Below, piece after piece: positions 13,575 to 27,590 of a DNA stretch of 64,000 bases. The stretch spans positions 295,494 to 359,493 of the forward strand of contig NMRA01000159.1 in assembly GCA_002633005.1 (NCBI GenBank), given 5' to 3'. Numbering within the stretch: position 1 is the stretch's first letter; each line of letters begins with the position of its first letter. The position numbers and the translations under genes were made by a program. Origin of the DNA: Phoronis australis (Eukaryota > Animalia > Phoronida). The notes below the pieces were generated by a model. That model searched no databases and was not told where the DNA came from. It worked only from the letters and a program-made list of their open reading frames with translations.

Positions 13575-13747
13575 CCGCCGTTTTCGCATTGCAACGGTAG
13601 CTATGGTAGGCGTGGTTTAACTGCGTGTATCGAAACTATCCAATGGACGAAGCGACAAATCCATCCTCGTGACAATAAAACCGACATACACTCTATCACG
13701 ACGACGACAAATTTACTCCTTGATTTGTGTCCGCGAATTCCTTAGCG
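13575..13747 (+). promoter_or_regulatory. Putative proximal promoter of PAN-FReD copy 1
   Basis: Conserved with 54628-54818 upstream of copy 2. GGCGTGG (Sp/KLF-like) at 13609, CCAAT at 13640, AATAAAA at 13674 aligned with TATAAAA in copy 2. Confidence 0.45.
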
Positions 13748-14066
13748 ATGGCTGCTCTGATATCTCTCGTTAAAGTCGTGATTGTGATTTTTGTCGCGCA
13801 TGTTGACTTGGGGAACGCTGATGGGACTTATTTCGGAAATGAAGTTAAAGATACTCGCAGGGTTGGTTCGAATACCACTGAAGTGAGAAAACCTACTGTG
13901 TCCACCATCGAATGTGCGGCGGAATGTTCCCGTGATGTTTCGTGCGATGCCTTGGCGTACAATGAGCGCGGAAAACTTTGTCACAAATACTCTATCGTCC
14001 ACGATGACCCTGGCAAGCTAGAAATTGCTGACGGATGGGTGTATTTTGAAAAAACACTTTTTAGAG
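13748..14066 (+). CDS. PAN-FReD copy 1, exon 1: signal peptide + PAN/apple domain
   Basis: ATG at 13748, hydrophobic leader MAALISLVKVVIVIFVAHV, 4-Cys PAN pattern ECAAECSRDVSCDALAYNERGKLCHKY..GWVYFEK, phase-1 donor G|GTAAGA. Confidence 0.85.
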
Positions 14067-15677
14067 GTAAGAGTTCCAATTTCAAAGGGTGGGGGCACTA
14101 CTCGAAGTTTTGCACAACTGTCACAATTTGGTGACTTTCGGCTGAAGCTGGTCTTGCATATTGTTTTCATTTACTTACGCTCCTGAGATATGCAAAGTAC
14201 TTGTGTATACAATCTGCGGGCACCGGTATATTTATGCTGGATATTCAATCTGCTTGTATTTTTATGTTTGGCGGCAGTGTTTGTAACGTACGTTGTTAGA
14301 AAGTTGAGGCTGTGAGTCCAGAGCTACTATGAAATATTTTGTGTGCGGTCAAAAAGAACCGACATGGAACGAGCCTCTCAAAAGGAACAACTTTGTTTGG
14401 CCTAAAAAGACAGGACTGGGTTCAAGTGGAATGCCGAAGCGAACTACAGCAGTCACACCCGTGGAACTGCAAGCACGTTACAGTGGAACGTCTGTTGAAA
14501 GAATACAAAACCCGGTTTTGGCCTAAAACAGATACTAAAAATGACGTTTCCATTAAGTTTTCTGAATCAATATAATGCTCAAATGTGTGGAAGAAAAATT
14601 TGAAAACTCTTTTCAAAACCTTCTAAACGGACAAGCGTCGTACCTTAGTACGCATTCAGCGAATCACACGGCAAATTTGGAAGACAACCACCGAGGACCA
14701 TAATACCCAGTTAGTGAGATTGGCAGGATGGCGTCAATGATACATTAGCAGGTGAGAGAAAGAGGATTGGTTGAAATCATGAAAACAAGATTTGGTATTT
14801 TGTGGAACAGGACTGCAGAGACCGGATTTCTGAGAGACTTCTGTGGACACTTAATAAGTTCTTTAACTTCTGTGTGACACTGCTCGAATCCCCATACACG
14901 TCTCAATAAAAGATCGGTAGTTTGTAACAAACTTCCGGTATATCATTAAATTATTGGACAAATCTGACAACAGCTCACATTTCTATTGAATGATATGCCG
15001 AAGTTTATCAAACTTGCTGCAAGCCCCCGTTACGTCAGTAAACTAAAATTGATTCTTGAATTAGATCAGCTAACCTATAAAATTGATCTCAACATGTTCC
15101 TATCTTGAATGTGAAATGAATTCTGCGCTTCGAAAGAAAATACGAGTCTTCATTGCAGGAGACTATGCTGACTCACAGCCTCGTTCCCAAGCCTCAACAT
15201 GGCTCTGATCGGTTTAGGCAAATTGACTTGTTGTAGAGGCTGGTGTCAAGCCATAAAAAATGCCAATTCCTCCAAGACTGGCATTCAATTCTAATTGATT
15301 AAGGAGTAATTTGAATTTCCCTACGCAAGTGCACTAAATCAAATGCTGGTTTATGTAGCGAAAGGTGTTTCGTATTCGCTTTAAAACTTCCAAACAATAC
15401 ATTGAGAAACAGTGGTTGAAAATGCCATATCATTTTTGCAACAGGTTTTGCCCAAACTTATTTGATTAATATTTGCCACAGCTTTATAGAACAACTGTAC
15501 AAATATCCACCCGCTTTCCAAAGACTCCATGGTATGCGGGTCTGACTGATTTAGAATACTGTGCATCAATCTGCTGCGAAAACACAACAGTTTAATGCTC
15601 AAGCATCGTACACCATTTTTCTTCTCCGTATGTTATCCGACAGCTATGACATAGATTCACAGCCGCTTTTATTTCAG

Positions 15678-15799
15678 ACTGCTCTGAACTGTATAAAACT
15701 GGAACCAGAAAAAGCGGAGTTTACAACATTGCCCCCAGTGACGGTCTGGGTAAGATGAAGGTTTACTGTGACATGGCGACCGACGGAGGCGGATGGACG
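15678..15799 (+). CDS. PAN-FReD copy 1, exon 2: start of fibrinogen domain
   Basis: TTTCAG acceptor, (D)[46 protein letters not shown] donor, phase 1 to 0. Confidence 0.93.
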
Positions 15800-16799
15800 G
15801 TAAGTCACGAAATGCTTCGGCTATAAAGCCACCTTTCGCAACAAAATCTAACTTTGAATAAACCACTTACCGTTGAAAATTGGCCTCAATTTGATTCTCA
15901 ATCAAAACAGGTAAAGTTTCTGGGCTTGGAAAGATCTGATCTACACTTTGTTGTTGCGTAAAATGACATATAGCGTGAAAAACAGAAAAAAAATGCACTA
16001 TTCAAATTGGTTCTCTGCTAATGAAAGAGAAGCCAAACTGTTCACCAGGTATTTTTGTGGTTTGTTCGTTAAGATTTCTTTTAATATAGAAGCATTTTTC
16101 TAAAGTTTCATATTTCAGAAGACGATCTGTTAACTGTTCGTCACTTTTTGGAGTTTTCTCGCACACGGCACAGCACGTGTTCTTATCGCAAGACATTCAT
16201 GTACCTGTAGACGCAACACATTTTCCTTGTATGGAAAATATGACGTGTCGCCTTTGTATTGGCATGAATGAGTTTTTACTTCCTTTACGTTTCAAAAATA
16301 TTGAATCTGGCGATTCTTTTTAAAAATCTTGCAACATTGAAAGTGAAGATCTCCTAAATTAGCGTCATCAAGAAGTAAATTCTCCACAATCTGTTTAAAA
16401 AGTATTTTTAAGAATTTTTGCATCCCCTTTCTATTTAAGATTAGGTTCTACATGTGTGTCGTGTTATTATGTCATTTTATATGCCCAATAGGACTTCGAG
16501 CAACAGGCTAATAAGTTTTTACCGGGATATTCCGCACTTCATGTAAGCGCGCCCATGGGCGTTTACTTTGTGTTACAACCTCTGGTGTCTAGTGTCCAGA
16601 TAGTGGATCACTTATTCAGAAGATTTGCTCCTAAAAATCGTTTAAAAACCGTAAAGTTTGTCACAAATTCAGTTTGTGGATAAATAACGTTCCTAAAAAC
16701 AAACAACCAACGCATTTTTAACACCAAACTTAAAAATATAGTCTTAAGTAAATTTCAAAGTCAGCAATTCTATGACTTTCCGTTTGTACGCCCCCATTT

Positions 16800-17200
16800 T
16801 CCGAATAAATACACGAAAGTTAATTTGGTTTCACTAAAATGCTTTGTTTTTGTGTTCTCGAACCTGGATTTTTCTCTGAGTTTTTGAAATGGGGAGAGGC
16901 TGTCGTCAAGGAAACCCCATTTCTCCTTACCTGTTTGCATTATGTATAGAAATATTTGGTAATTTAATTCGACGGTATGGTGGCATCACTGACGTCAGGA
17001 AAGCTGTTTCTGAGTTTAAAATGACCCAGTGCGCCGACGACACGTGTTTAATTTTGGATGGTTCTGAATTATCTCTTAGATCATCTTTGAATTTAATTGA
17101 CAAATTTGCGAATTTTTCTGGTTTGAAGCCAAATATCGAGAAAACAAGATGTGTTTGGATTGGCAAAAAAAGACTGTGACAAAAACGTTGTGTCGATGAA
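16800..17200 (+). mobile_element. Tx1/L1 RT fragment in intron 2 (also at about 19810-20210 and 61770-62170)
   Basis: GRGCRQGNPISPYLFALCIE..TQCADD..SGLKPNIEKT. It sits at the same intron position in both paralogs, so it predates the gene duplication. Confidence 0.85.
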
Positions 17201-18204
17201 AACCTGTTATGGATTAACGAGTTTTTTGACAGTCGGTTTGACAGTTGCCTTTTGTTTTCTCAGACCAGGAAGCTATCGGTCGGTATACAGTAAATCGTTG
17301 AAAAATTGAGTATATTTTTGATACTCACTTTAAAAGGATTTACTCTAGCCGTCTTAATGTAAGCATGGTGTTATATCTTGATAGGTGACGTTATTTTCTA
17401 CCAGGGTCTATCGATACAACATTCGTCAGTTTTCGCACGCATACATGTTGATACAGACTTGTGCAACGGATTTTTCGAGCAAACCCTACATGTATTTTGG
17501 GATACGTTATCTGTTTAGCCAAAGTTTCAGGCGATGTGCCTTATTCAACAACGTCTTGGCTATCATCTCTATTTTTTTCCGGCAATTTTATTCAAAACAT
17601 ATCTTAAATTTTCGAAAAATCCATAAAACGTCTTGTCCACTCTCTGCATTGGCTAATGTTACACAGTTGTGCTGGAAATTTTATCACACTTGTTTTCAAG
17701 ATTAGGCATGCGTCAATTTGGAACTTAGGGTCACTAGTAGGCATTTATAATCATTCAAAAATGAACGCAATGTGGTGAAAATGTATCTGTAATTCCCGCA
17801 AGCACGAGTTCTTGTTAAGGCGTGAAATTCATGTAGCTTGAATTAACACCGAATTCCATATCTGATTTGATACCCCAACTTTGAAAACGACAAGTCAACC
17901 AACTAAACACATCAGGGCAATTTCATATAATATATTGTCCGAATCGGAATATGTGTCTTGCCTGATCAAGCACAGCTGATATTGTGTAATAAGTGCAATC
18001 TGTTAGAAAAGACGACGGTCAGGTCTGGCTGTAAATTGGTTGCATAAGCTCGTGCAAGTACTGTTTACACAATAACACCGTACGGATATTGGCGAAAACT
18101 GTATCTAAAAATCTTGTTTTCGGGTGCCACTGATTCGTTTGTATCGTTGCAATTAGTAAGTCGTTTCAACGTTTTAATATTAAGCGTAATGTATTGATTT
18201 CTAG

Positions 18205-18438
<234 letters not shown>

Positions 18439-18684
18439 TGAATCATTCCGCAATAGTAAAAGTTTGTCGAAACCTTACATAATCCATCCGGTAATACAAA
18501 AGTTGAAGCATTTAATTGAGCTGTTTTGCAGCAGCTAGTCGTTTTGGGGTTNCTGATTTAGAATACTGTGCATCAATCTGCCGCGAAAACACAACAGTTT
18601 AATGCTCATGCATCGTACACCATTTTTCTTTTTCGTATGTTATCCGACAGCTATGACATAGATTCACAGCCGCTTTTATTTCAG

Positions 18685-18806
18685 ACTGCTCTGAACTGTA
18701 TAAAACTGGAACCAGAAAAAGCGGAGTTTACAACATTGTCCCCAGTGACGGTCTGGGTAAGATGAAGGTTTACTGTGACATGGCGACCGACGGAGGCGGA
18801 TGGACG
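18685..18806 (+). CDS. PAN-FReD copy 1, exon 2 duplicate (probably allelic)
   Basis: Same as 15678-15799 except GCC>TCC (A>S); splice sites intact. Confidence 0.8.
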
Positions 18807-21211
18807 GTAAGTCACGAAATGCTTCTGCTATAAAACCACCTTTCGCAACAAAATCTAACTTTGAATAAGCCACTTACCGTTGAAAACTGGCCTCAATTTG
18901 ATTCTCAATCAAAACAGGTAAAGTTTCTGGGCTTGGAAAGATCTGATCTACACTTTGTTGTTGCGTAAAGTGACATAGAGCGTGAAAAACAGAAAAAAAT
19001 TGCACTATTCAAATTGGTTCTCTGCTAATGAAAGAGAAGCCAAACTGTTCACCAGGTATTTTTGTGGTTTGTTCGTTAAGATTTCTGTTAATATAGAAGC
19101 ATTTTTCTAAAGTTTCATATTTCAGAAGACGATCTGTTAACTGTTCGTCACTTTTCGGAGTTTTCTCGCACACGGCACAGCACGTGTTCTTATCGCAAGA
19201 CATTCATGTACCTGTAGACGCAACGCATTTTCCTTATATGGAAAATATGACGTGTCGCCTTTGTATTGGCATGAATGAGTTTTTACTTCCTTTACGTTTC
19301 AAAAATAGTGAATCTGGCGATTCTTTTTAAAAATCTTGCAACATTGAAAGTGAAGATCTCCTAAATTAGCGTCATCAAGAAGTAAATTCTCCACAATGTT
19401 TAAAAAGTATTTTTAAGAATTTTTGCATCCCCTTCCTATTTAAGATTAGGTTCTACATGTGTGTCGTGTTATTATGTCATTTTATATGCCCAATAGGACT
19501 TCGAGCAACAGGCTAATAAGTTTTTACCGGGATATTCCGCACTTCATGTAAGCGCGCCCATGGGCGTTTACTTTGTGTTACAGCCTCTGGTGTCTAGTGT
19601 CCAGATAGTGGATCACTTATTCAGAAGATTTGCTCCTAAAAATCGTTTAAAAACCGTAACGTTTGTCACAAATTCAGTTTGTGGATAAATAACGTTCCTA
19701 AAAACGAACAACCAACGCATTTTTAACACCAAACTTAAAAATATAGTCTTAAGTAAATTTCAAAGTCAGCAATTCTATGACTTTCCGTTTGTACGCCCCC
19801 ATTTTCCGAATAAATACACGAAAGTTAATTTGGTTTCACTAAAATGCCTTGTTTTTGTGTTCTCGAACATGGATTTTTCTCTGAGTTTTTTGAAATGGGG
19901 AGAGGCTGTCGTCAAGGAAACCCCATTTCTCCTTACCTGTTTGCATTATGTATAGAAATATTAGGTAATTTAATTCGACGGTATGGTGGCATCACTGACG
20001 TCAGGAAAGCTGTTTCTGAGTTTAAAAGGACCCAGTGCGCCGACGATACGTGTTTAATTTTGGATGGTTTTGAATTATCTCTTAGACCATCTTTGAATTT
20101 AATTGACAAATTTGCGAATTTTTCTGGTTTGAAGACAAATATCGAGAAAACAAGATGTGTTTGGATTGGCACAAAAAAGACTCTGACAAAAACGTTGTGT
20201 CGATGAAAACCTGTTATGGATTAACGAGTTTTTTGACAGTCGGTTTGACAGTTGCCTTTTGTTTTCTCAGACCAGGAAGCTATCGGTCGGTATACAGTAA
20301 ATCGTTGAATATTGAGTATATTTTTGATACTCACTTTAAAAGGATTTACTCTAGCCGTCTTAATGTAAGCATGGTGTTATATCTTGATAGGTGACGTTAT
20401 TTTCTACCAGGGTCTATCAATACAACATTCGTCAGTTTTCGCACGCATACATGTTTATACAGACTTGTGCAACGGATTTTTCGAGCAAACCCTACATGTA
20501 TTTTGGAATACGTTATCTGTTTAGCCAAAGTTTCAGGCGATGTGCCTTATTCAACAACGTCTTGGCTATCATCTTTATTGAATCTTCCGGCAATTTTATT
20601 CAAAACTTATCTTAAATTTTCGAAAAATCCATAAAACGTCTTGTCCACTCTCTGCATTGGCTAATGTTACACAGTTGTGCTGGAAATTTTATCACACTTG
20701 TTTTCAAGATTAGGCATGCGTCAATTTGGAACTTAGGGTCACTAGTAGTCATTTATAATCATTCAAAAATGAACGCAATGTGGTGAAAATGTATCTGTAA
20801 TTCCCGCAAGCACGAGTTCTTGTTAAGGCGTGAAATTCATGTAGCTTGAATGAACGCCGAATTCCATATCTGATGTGATACCCCAACTTTGAAAACGACA
20901 AGTCAACCATCTAAACTCATCAGGGCAATTTCATATAATATATTGTCCGAATCGGAATATGTGTCTTGCCTGATCAAGCACAGCTGATCTTATGTAATAA
21001 GTGCAATCTGTTAGAAAAGACGACGTCAGGTCTGGCTGTAAATTGGTTGCATAAGCTCGTGCAAGTACTGTTTACACAATAACACCGTACGGATATTGGC
21101 GAAAACTGTATCTAAAAATCTTGTTTTCGGGTGCCACTGATTCGTTTGTATCGTTGCAATTAGTAAGTCGTTTCAACGTTTTAATATTAAGCGTAATGTA
21201 TTGATTTCTAG

Positions 21212-21445
<234 letters not shown>

Positions 21446-22657
21446 TGAATCATTCCGCAATAGTAAAAGTTTGTCGAAACCTTACATAATCCATCCGGTA
21501 ATACAAAAGTTGAAGCATTTAATTGAGCTGTTTTGCAGCAGCTAGTCGTTTTGGGGTTGAGTTTTCTAGGTCTATTTTTGTTTTTAGCTTCTGGAATAGA
21601 ATTAGAATTAGAAACATTTCGCTTTTGTTGATCATAGCACCGAAAAATGATGTACAAAACTGCCTGAGGTAAGGAATGTATCGCGAAAAGCACACCAAGA
21701 TTTATGCTTACAGCAAAATAGACGTGACGTCACAGTTTCCTGTAAATATATTAGTTCTCATTATAGATAAACTGTAGTTTGATTTGAATTAGATTTTGCT
21801 TGTTTTTGGTGAGGTTATGTAGGTAATTGACCTATTCATGATGACCCAGATTGAAACGAAAGAATGAAGTCTAAGCAAAAGCGTCTCGCCACCGTGCGTT
21901 GGAAGTGTCATACACTGTACATGTACATGTTAGTAAATCTTTACACTTTGCTGAAAGTTAATTGTTTTTAGAGTGTTATTTTTAGGAGAGGCGCTTGACA
22001 GATGTAAATCAATGTTTTAGGTATCTCAAATAAACGAACTCTATTAAATTTCTCGTCGTGAGCGCAAATTTTCTCTGCCATTGAATACGGATTGATTCTT
22101 TTTTCCCGTATTCAACGTCTATTTCACTGTCGGCGAATTCCAAGGCATTTTCACGCATACTGTACAGAGTGAATACCGAAGTTGGCAGACAAAGCTGTTC
22201 ACGCACTCCGTACAAGTACATGTATTGGGTTCCACACTGTTGAAAATGACTTACTTACCCAAAACATGACCCTTCCCCATTCACTAAGCTCGACTTTTCA
22301 TTCCCAAGTCGCGTTTTTATTGTTGCAAGTCGAGTTTTTTGAGTGCAACGAAGCCAATCAGAACTGAATTAATCAAACCGTGACTTGGAGTGGTGCGAAG
22401 CTATGTTCACGAGTGGCTGAACCGTGATGTCTGTAGCCTGAGAGCAGACTGGCAGCGCTCGGAATGGAAATGACATCATAATTTTTATTCAAAAACGTTC
22501 AAATGCAAAGATTAAAATATTTATTTTCATATTTTATTGAAGATCACATAGTGCGTAGCTTTCAAATCCTTCCGGTGTTATTCAAAATATTCAAATCTAT
22601 GACATACATGTAGACTGCTAGACTTGAGTGACACCACCTGATGATCTCATTTGACAG

Positions 22658-22822
22658 GTAACGAAAATATACACCGACTGACCCGTCAGACTGGGTACGT
22701 GTTACGTGTGCACCTGGAAGACTTTGAGGGCAACAAGGCGAAAGCCTCATACAAAAAGTTCTTTGTTGCCTCGGAGACTCTTAACTATGTTTTGACCATC
22801 GACCAATACTTTGGAGACGCAG
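22658..22822 (+). CDS. PAN-FReD copy 1, exon 4
   Basis: ACAG acceptor, (G)NENIHRLTRQTGYVLRVHLEDFEGNKAKASYKKFFVASETLNYVLTIDQYFGDA(G), GTACAC donor, phase 1 to 1. Confidence 0.93.
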
Positions 22823-23321
22823 GTACACAAGCCAGTATCGCATAATAATAGTTTGTATTACATGATTTTACATGGATTCTCATCAATCATCTCTAAGAAT
22901 TCATCTGAGTTGTATGGCATGGCATAAATGGTTGGTAAGAATTCATATTCGAAATTTCATCGAAAGTCGTGGCTTCGCTGCACTAGCTGGAGCATTAGAA
23001 GAGAAATTACGCCAAATTTTTGTTTAAGTTTGGTCTTGTGAAAGTGATTTAACTCAACCGGATTCCAACATATAATTGTAGGCGAAGCCTATCGACCAGG
23101 GACTACTAGCGCTCTTCCGTTCACGGGGGAAAACGTGACATGCCCTCAGGCCAACTTTTCAACCGTTCTTATTCTCGACCTCCGCATTTTTGTGACAGCA
23201 AATTTGCGAAATTGTGTAGAACTGTTTTTCAGAACATTTGCCGATATCACAAATCATTCATAACCTAGGAATGGAGATATTTAGAGCTCCTTGAGCAAAT
23301 TTATTCATTGGTGTGTTTCAG

Positions 23322-23584
23322 GTGATTCGATGACGTTCCACGACGCTGAACAGTTCAGTACTAAGGACAGAGACAACGACCAATTGACTGACGGCAGCTG
23401 TTCTAACTACCACAAAGGCGGCTGGTGGTACAAGCACTATGTTTGTGTCAAGTCCAACCTCAACGGAGAGTACGGTAAAAGCAAAGGCTACGGAGGTATC
23501 TTCTGGGACGAGTTCAAAGGTTACACATCACTGAAGAGAGCCAGTATGATGATCAGACCTGTCAACTTCACATCTACTCAATGA
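23322..23584 (+). CDS. PAN-FReD copy 1, exon 5 (last): FBG P-subdomain
   Basis: TTTCAG acceptor, DSMTFHDAEQFSTKDRDND..CSNYHKGGWWYKHYVCVKSNLNGEY..IFWDEFKGYTSLKRASMMIRP, TGA. The five exons sum to 966 nt (321 aa) with no stop. Confidence 0.95.
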
Positions 23585-25374
23585 CTTTGTACATGTACGT
23601 TCTGTACAGATCGGTAGCAGCCCTTCGTTAACATAAACATGTTAAAAACAATATTACACATTTTTGGGTGAATTAACACTAATACCAGATTCGTCCTTAT
23701 ATTCACTGTACAGTTATGAAGGAGATTGCCAGTATACATAACAAACAGATAAATTAAAATGGCAGATATTTGTTTTCTCACCTTTGCATAACAGACATAC
23801 CTGTAAGAACGGGTGTTCTGGTTCTATTTATCCGTATTGCGAAATACACTTATTCTCTCGTTTACGACTTTATCCATATGTCTCCCTTTAACAATCATCG
23901 CAGAAGACTTCGGCCTCTAACTCTCGTCAAAGCAGGTCTAAGCAAAAGATTACTTGTTGGTGATATTTTTTGATGCTGCAGATAATTAGTCGAGTTAAAC
24001 ACAATGTTATGTATTTTTTTAACTGACGAGTAATTAATTAAACATATTGGTTTTTTACCAAAATTTGTAACCTCCTAGGAGTGCATGGAAAGTGATTCAC
24101 CACATGTCTTTTTACAGTTTTGGGATTTTATAACAACTGTGCCTTGTTTGCTAGTTGTGTAACTTAAAGTCTTTGAAAAACTGTCAGCTTTAGGGTGAGG
24201 CTTTTGGACAACAACAATAATCTGTCATTGATCCATCGGAGCTACTCACCTCTTGATTGTCCTACACCATATTTGATAATGGCTTTGGTTCATTGCTAGA
24301 GTCCAGTAACTTTATTCAAAGAATAGTTTTGGAACTAGAAGTAACATTTTGGAGGAAGTTTGTGGGTTTTCATGTTTTGAACTATCTCGTCAACTTTTCT
24401 TTTATTCAGTATAAATATTCTGTTAGCTACCCTAGAATTCATATTGCTTGGAGAGAGGCTGCTGCTTGCTTCATATCACAGATACCCAGCACTAAAAAGC
24501 TGCAACAGTTACGGGTCATCAATTGAATGTGCTGTCTTCTTGTTAGCCACAGTCGATGCAGTCTAGAGTAAATCATATGCTACAGGGGGACGAAGCCCAA
24601 TGTGCTCAAGGAGCCTTGTACCCGGGACGAGCCGCTAACGGAATAGAGAGTAGACACCGTCTCTCCTTTCGAGTCCCGCACGTGGTTCGAGTACACGGAG
24701 TACCTCAGCGTGGCAACCAAGAACAAGTCTACTGTACCCCCTACTCAGGGATAAGTAGACAGGGTACGCCACAAAGCCACCAAGTATGGAACGCCTCTAG
24801 AGTCACCTTCTGACGGGTCTTTTCTCACACGTTACGAGTCATCGAAGCACGTCAGAGTTGACTCGAAATGTACTTCCCAAATGTGTCAAGTTACCGCCCA
24901 TTTACTGTGGGACCAATAAGTCGTTGTTGCTCAGCTATGACGTATGGTTCGATGTCAGTCAGCTTACGCCCCAACTGACCCGATATTTGACTAGCCTAAA
25001 AGGTCATTAGCCATCCCACTTTGCATTTGACGAATAAGGGACAAGTTAACATTCACACTCGTATCAATTAAATGAATCATAATCCACCTCTGTGGAGTGT
25101 AGCACCCAGCAACAGTATAACGGTGGCTTCTGAGTTAGAATAGCATGCAACGTCAAACTGTTATAAATATAAATATAAACGAGGCAATGCTGTGAATGAC
25201 GAGGAGTGGATGACTGTGACCTTGGGGTCACGGTGATTTTCACAGTGCTGTGCCAACAGTTGTTGGTTTTATTCGCTTGATCACTGAAGATGTACCCGTA
25301 GGTATTACAGTCTTGTTCAGTGGAGACAGGCTGTCGTGTAGATTGTGAGGTTGTGTTTTTATACGAGGCAGTAT

Positions 25375-25527
25375 CAGTGGCGAATTTAAGGGCGGGGGGG
25401 GGGTAAGGGGACCATGCCCTCCCCTAATATTCTCCCAAATTCCATTTGGTAATACGGGGGTGCAAATGTCTGACGGGCTAATACTCCGCCCTGGCCCCCC
25501 TAACTCAAAATTCTGGATGTGCCCCTG
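25375..25527. mobile_element. GC-rich MITE (CAGTGGCG..GCCCCTG), same family as 52305-52459
   Basis: Imperfect TIRs, internal sequence aligns with 52305-52459, degenerate 5-bp flanks AGTAT/AGTGC. Confidence 0.7.
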
Positions 25528-25885
25528 AGTGCTGGCCATTTTTATAATATATTTTTACGTCAAATGCTCAGTGAAGACAGGGTATGCTAAAAGTTGTTTT
25601 TTTTGTGAGAAAGTGGTGGCCTGTTATTGTTTGTTCTTAGAAGTAGTAAAAACTAAAACGCCGTAAATTGCATTAAATTGGTCAGTGAAAAAAGTCTTTT
25701 AATAAATTTTACTGGTACCACAGCATCATTTTAATGCGTTTAACCGTGTTTTTCTGTTTTTTAACTTTCGTCGGTAATGGCCTTCATACAGGGAAATGAA
25801 TGTTTCTTGCACTTCTTAGCCAAGTACGAGTAGGGATTTGCATGAACACTTAAACATGTGCGTTTGAACTTAAAACATTAAGTAG

Positions 25886-26167
25886 CATAGGCGGATTTAA
25901 GGGGGTCGTCCCCCCTGGCTGCCACACGCAAAATGAAACAGCAACAGCGTGAACCGTGAGGAAATATAGAGTTCAGCAACTAGGACCGGTAGCGGATGAG
26001 GGGCTCACATACCAGAGGAATCGTGTCCACCGATAGATTTTCTGAAGGGAACGTCCACATCCCGGCCCCCGCAACTTTCGGGCCCCTGTGCACATACAAT
26101 AGCGCTTTGCCCAATTCCCCAAGGCAACATGTTGGGCACCCCTTATGGTATCCTAGATCCGCCACTG
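25886..26167. mobile_element. MITE with 5-bp TSD AGTAG
   Basis: CATAGGCGGATTTAAGGGGG ... TATCCTAGATCCGCCACTG. Both ends match 30369-31090 in inverted orientation. Confidence 0.8.
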
Positions 26168-27159
26168 AGTAGAGATGTCTTTAATAAAGGGACAATGTCT
26201 CTCTAATTGAGAAGCCATACGGTGTCCAGAGGCATGACATTTGAATTTTATGATTACCATAACAATACTTCTGTTTCTTTTCAAGATAAGTTTGAAGGAC
26301 TGTATAACACAATATATGAAATTGCTTAGCAATACAAGTGTTTGAGATTTACCTAGGAATAGCAGTTTCACCTTCAACAGCGGTGGTGATATCAGGTGTC
26401 CCAAAAGCATTCAGCTGATATAGGAGCTATGGGATGTCCCGATAAAAATTGGCACAAAGTAATTTTATGTTATTTCCATTGAGAACATGAATTATGTAAG
26501 AAAAGCTGACACATCCTTGGGGGATGATTGATAATGAGGATGTTTTCTGTTTTTCATCGTAGGTTTGGCCTAGTAATTAAAAATACATCCAATCAAGATC
26601 ATGTCAGAAATTTATTAATGCCCAGGCTTCTAATTGAGGCTTTATCATAGTCACAGGTCTTTGAACAGCAATTAAGCCATGACCACAAATATCAAGGCTT
26701 TAAAATAACATTTAAAGCCAGTCGAGAGCAGAATCCCACAAATAACAACGTCAAACATACACAGGAAGGAATTGTCAGAACAAACTAACAACTTAATGAA
26801 TCCTTCCCACCCAATGCAGAAACTCTAGTATAACAGATTACAAGTTACTAGCTTGTGAAAGACCATTTCAACTGGTAAATTAACATGAGCACCTCGCCTA
26901 TGAATATGAACTTGTAATAGAATTTACAAATCGCAGTGTTTTCTGATACACTTGTAAGCTGTGAGTTTCTCTAATGTATAGTGAAGATACAAGTTCGTCA
27001 AGCCAAGATAGGTTGTTACTTGAGAGAGGACATGGAGAACATTCTGCCGAGCTATTCATTCTTGGTATGTAGATCAGCATTTGTGGACATGTTTCTCGAA
27101 CAGCTCAAGTACAGCAGTGAGATTGCTGTGAGGCAGTGCCAACACTTGCAGAACAAACA

Positions 27160-27590
27160 GCCAGTATGAGTTGCCCTTCTCTGTTCACAAACCATGGTGG
27201 TTCCATTGACCTTAAAAGGCTTTCAATGATTGATTAATTTTGAGTAAAAACACATAGTGCAAGCACCAAAAGGACAGCTGATCATCTGGATCCAAAACAC
27301 GTTTCTCCTCTAAAAAATGAAACATCTCATGGTACACATTGGTGACACCACGCCACATATCTCGCCACAGTCTTTCTATCCTCTGATTGTGCACACTTTT
27401 TCCTTGAATGGAACTCCCTCTGTCTAGACCACGGAACATTTCCATGAAAGCACCATGGTCACATCTAACTCGAGAGGGTACACCTTACTTCATTACCGCT
27501 TTTTGAAAGCAATCAAAGACAGTTGTAGAACAGTTGTTAAAGGATGCTTTCCCATACACCAGGAACCCAGTGTCACTGTCTATTCCAGTA
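27160..27590 (-). pseudogene. IS3EU-like integrase-core (DDE) transposase remnant
   Basis: [71 protein letters not shown]. The G[14 protein letters not shown] motif is typical of this group. In-frame stop and a deletion after DHG. Repeated at 28678-28980. Confidence 0.8.

Noticed and set aside
16002-16260. Cys-rich minus-strand ORF in intron 2 (SWIM/PHD-like)
   Set aside because: Cys/His spacing does not complete a known finger, and the frame differs between paralogs.
24060-24870. GC-richer block plus decayed minus-strand reading, possibly a LINE 5' UTR/ORF1 or LTR piece
   Set aside because: No diagnostic motif, terminus or second copy in the window.
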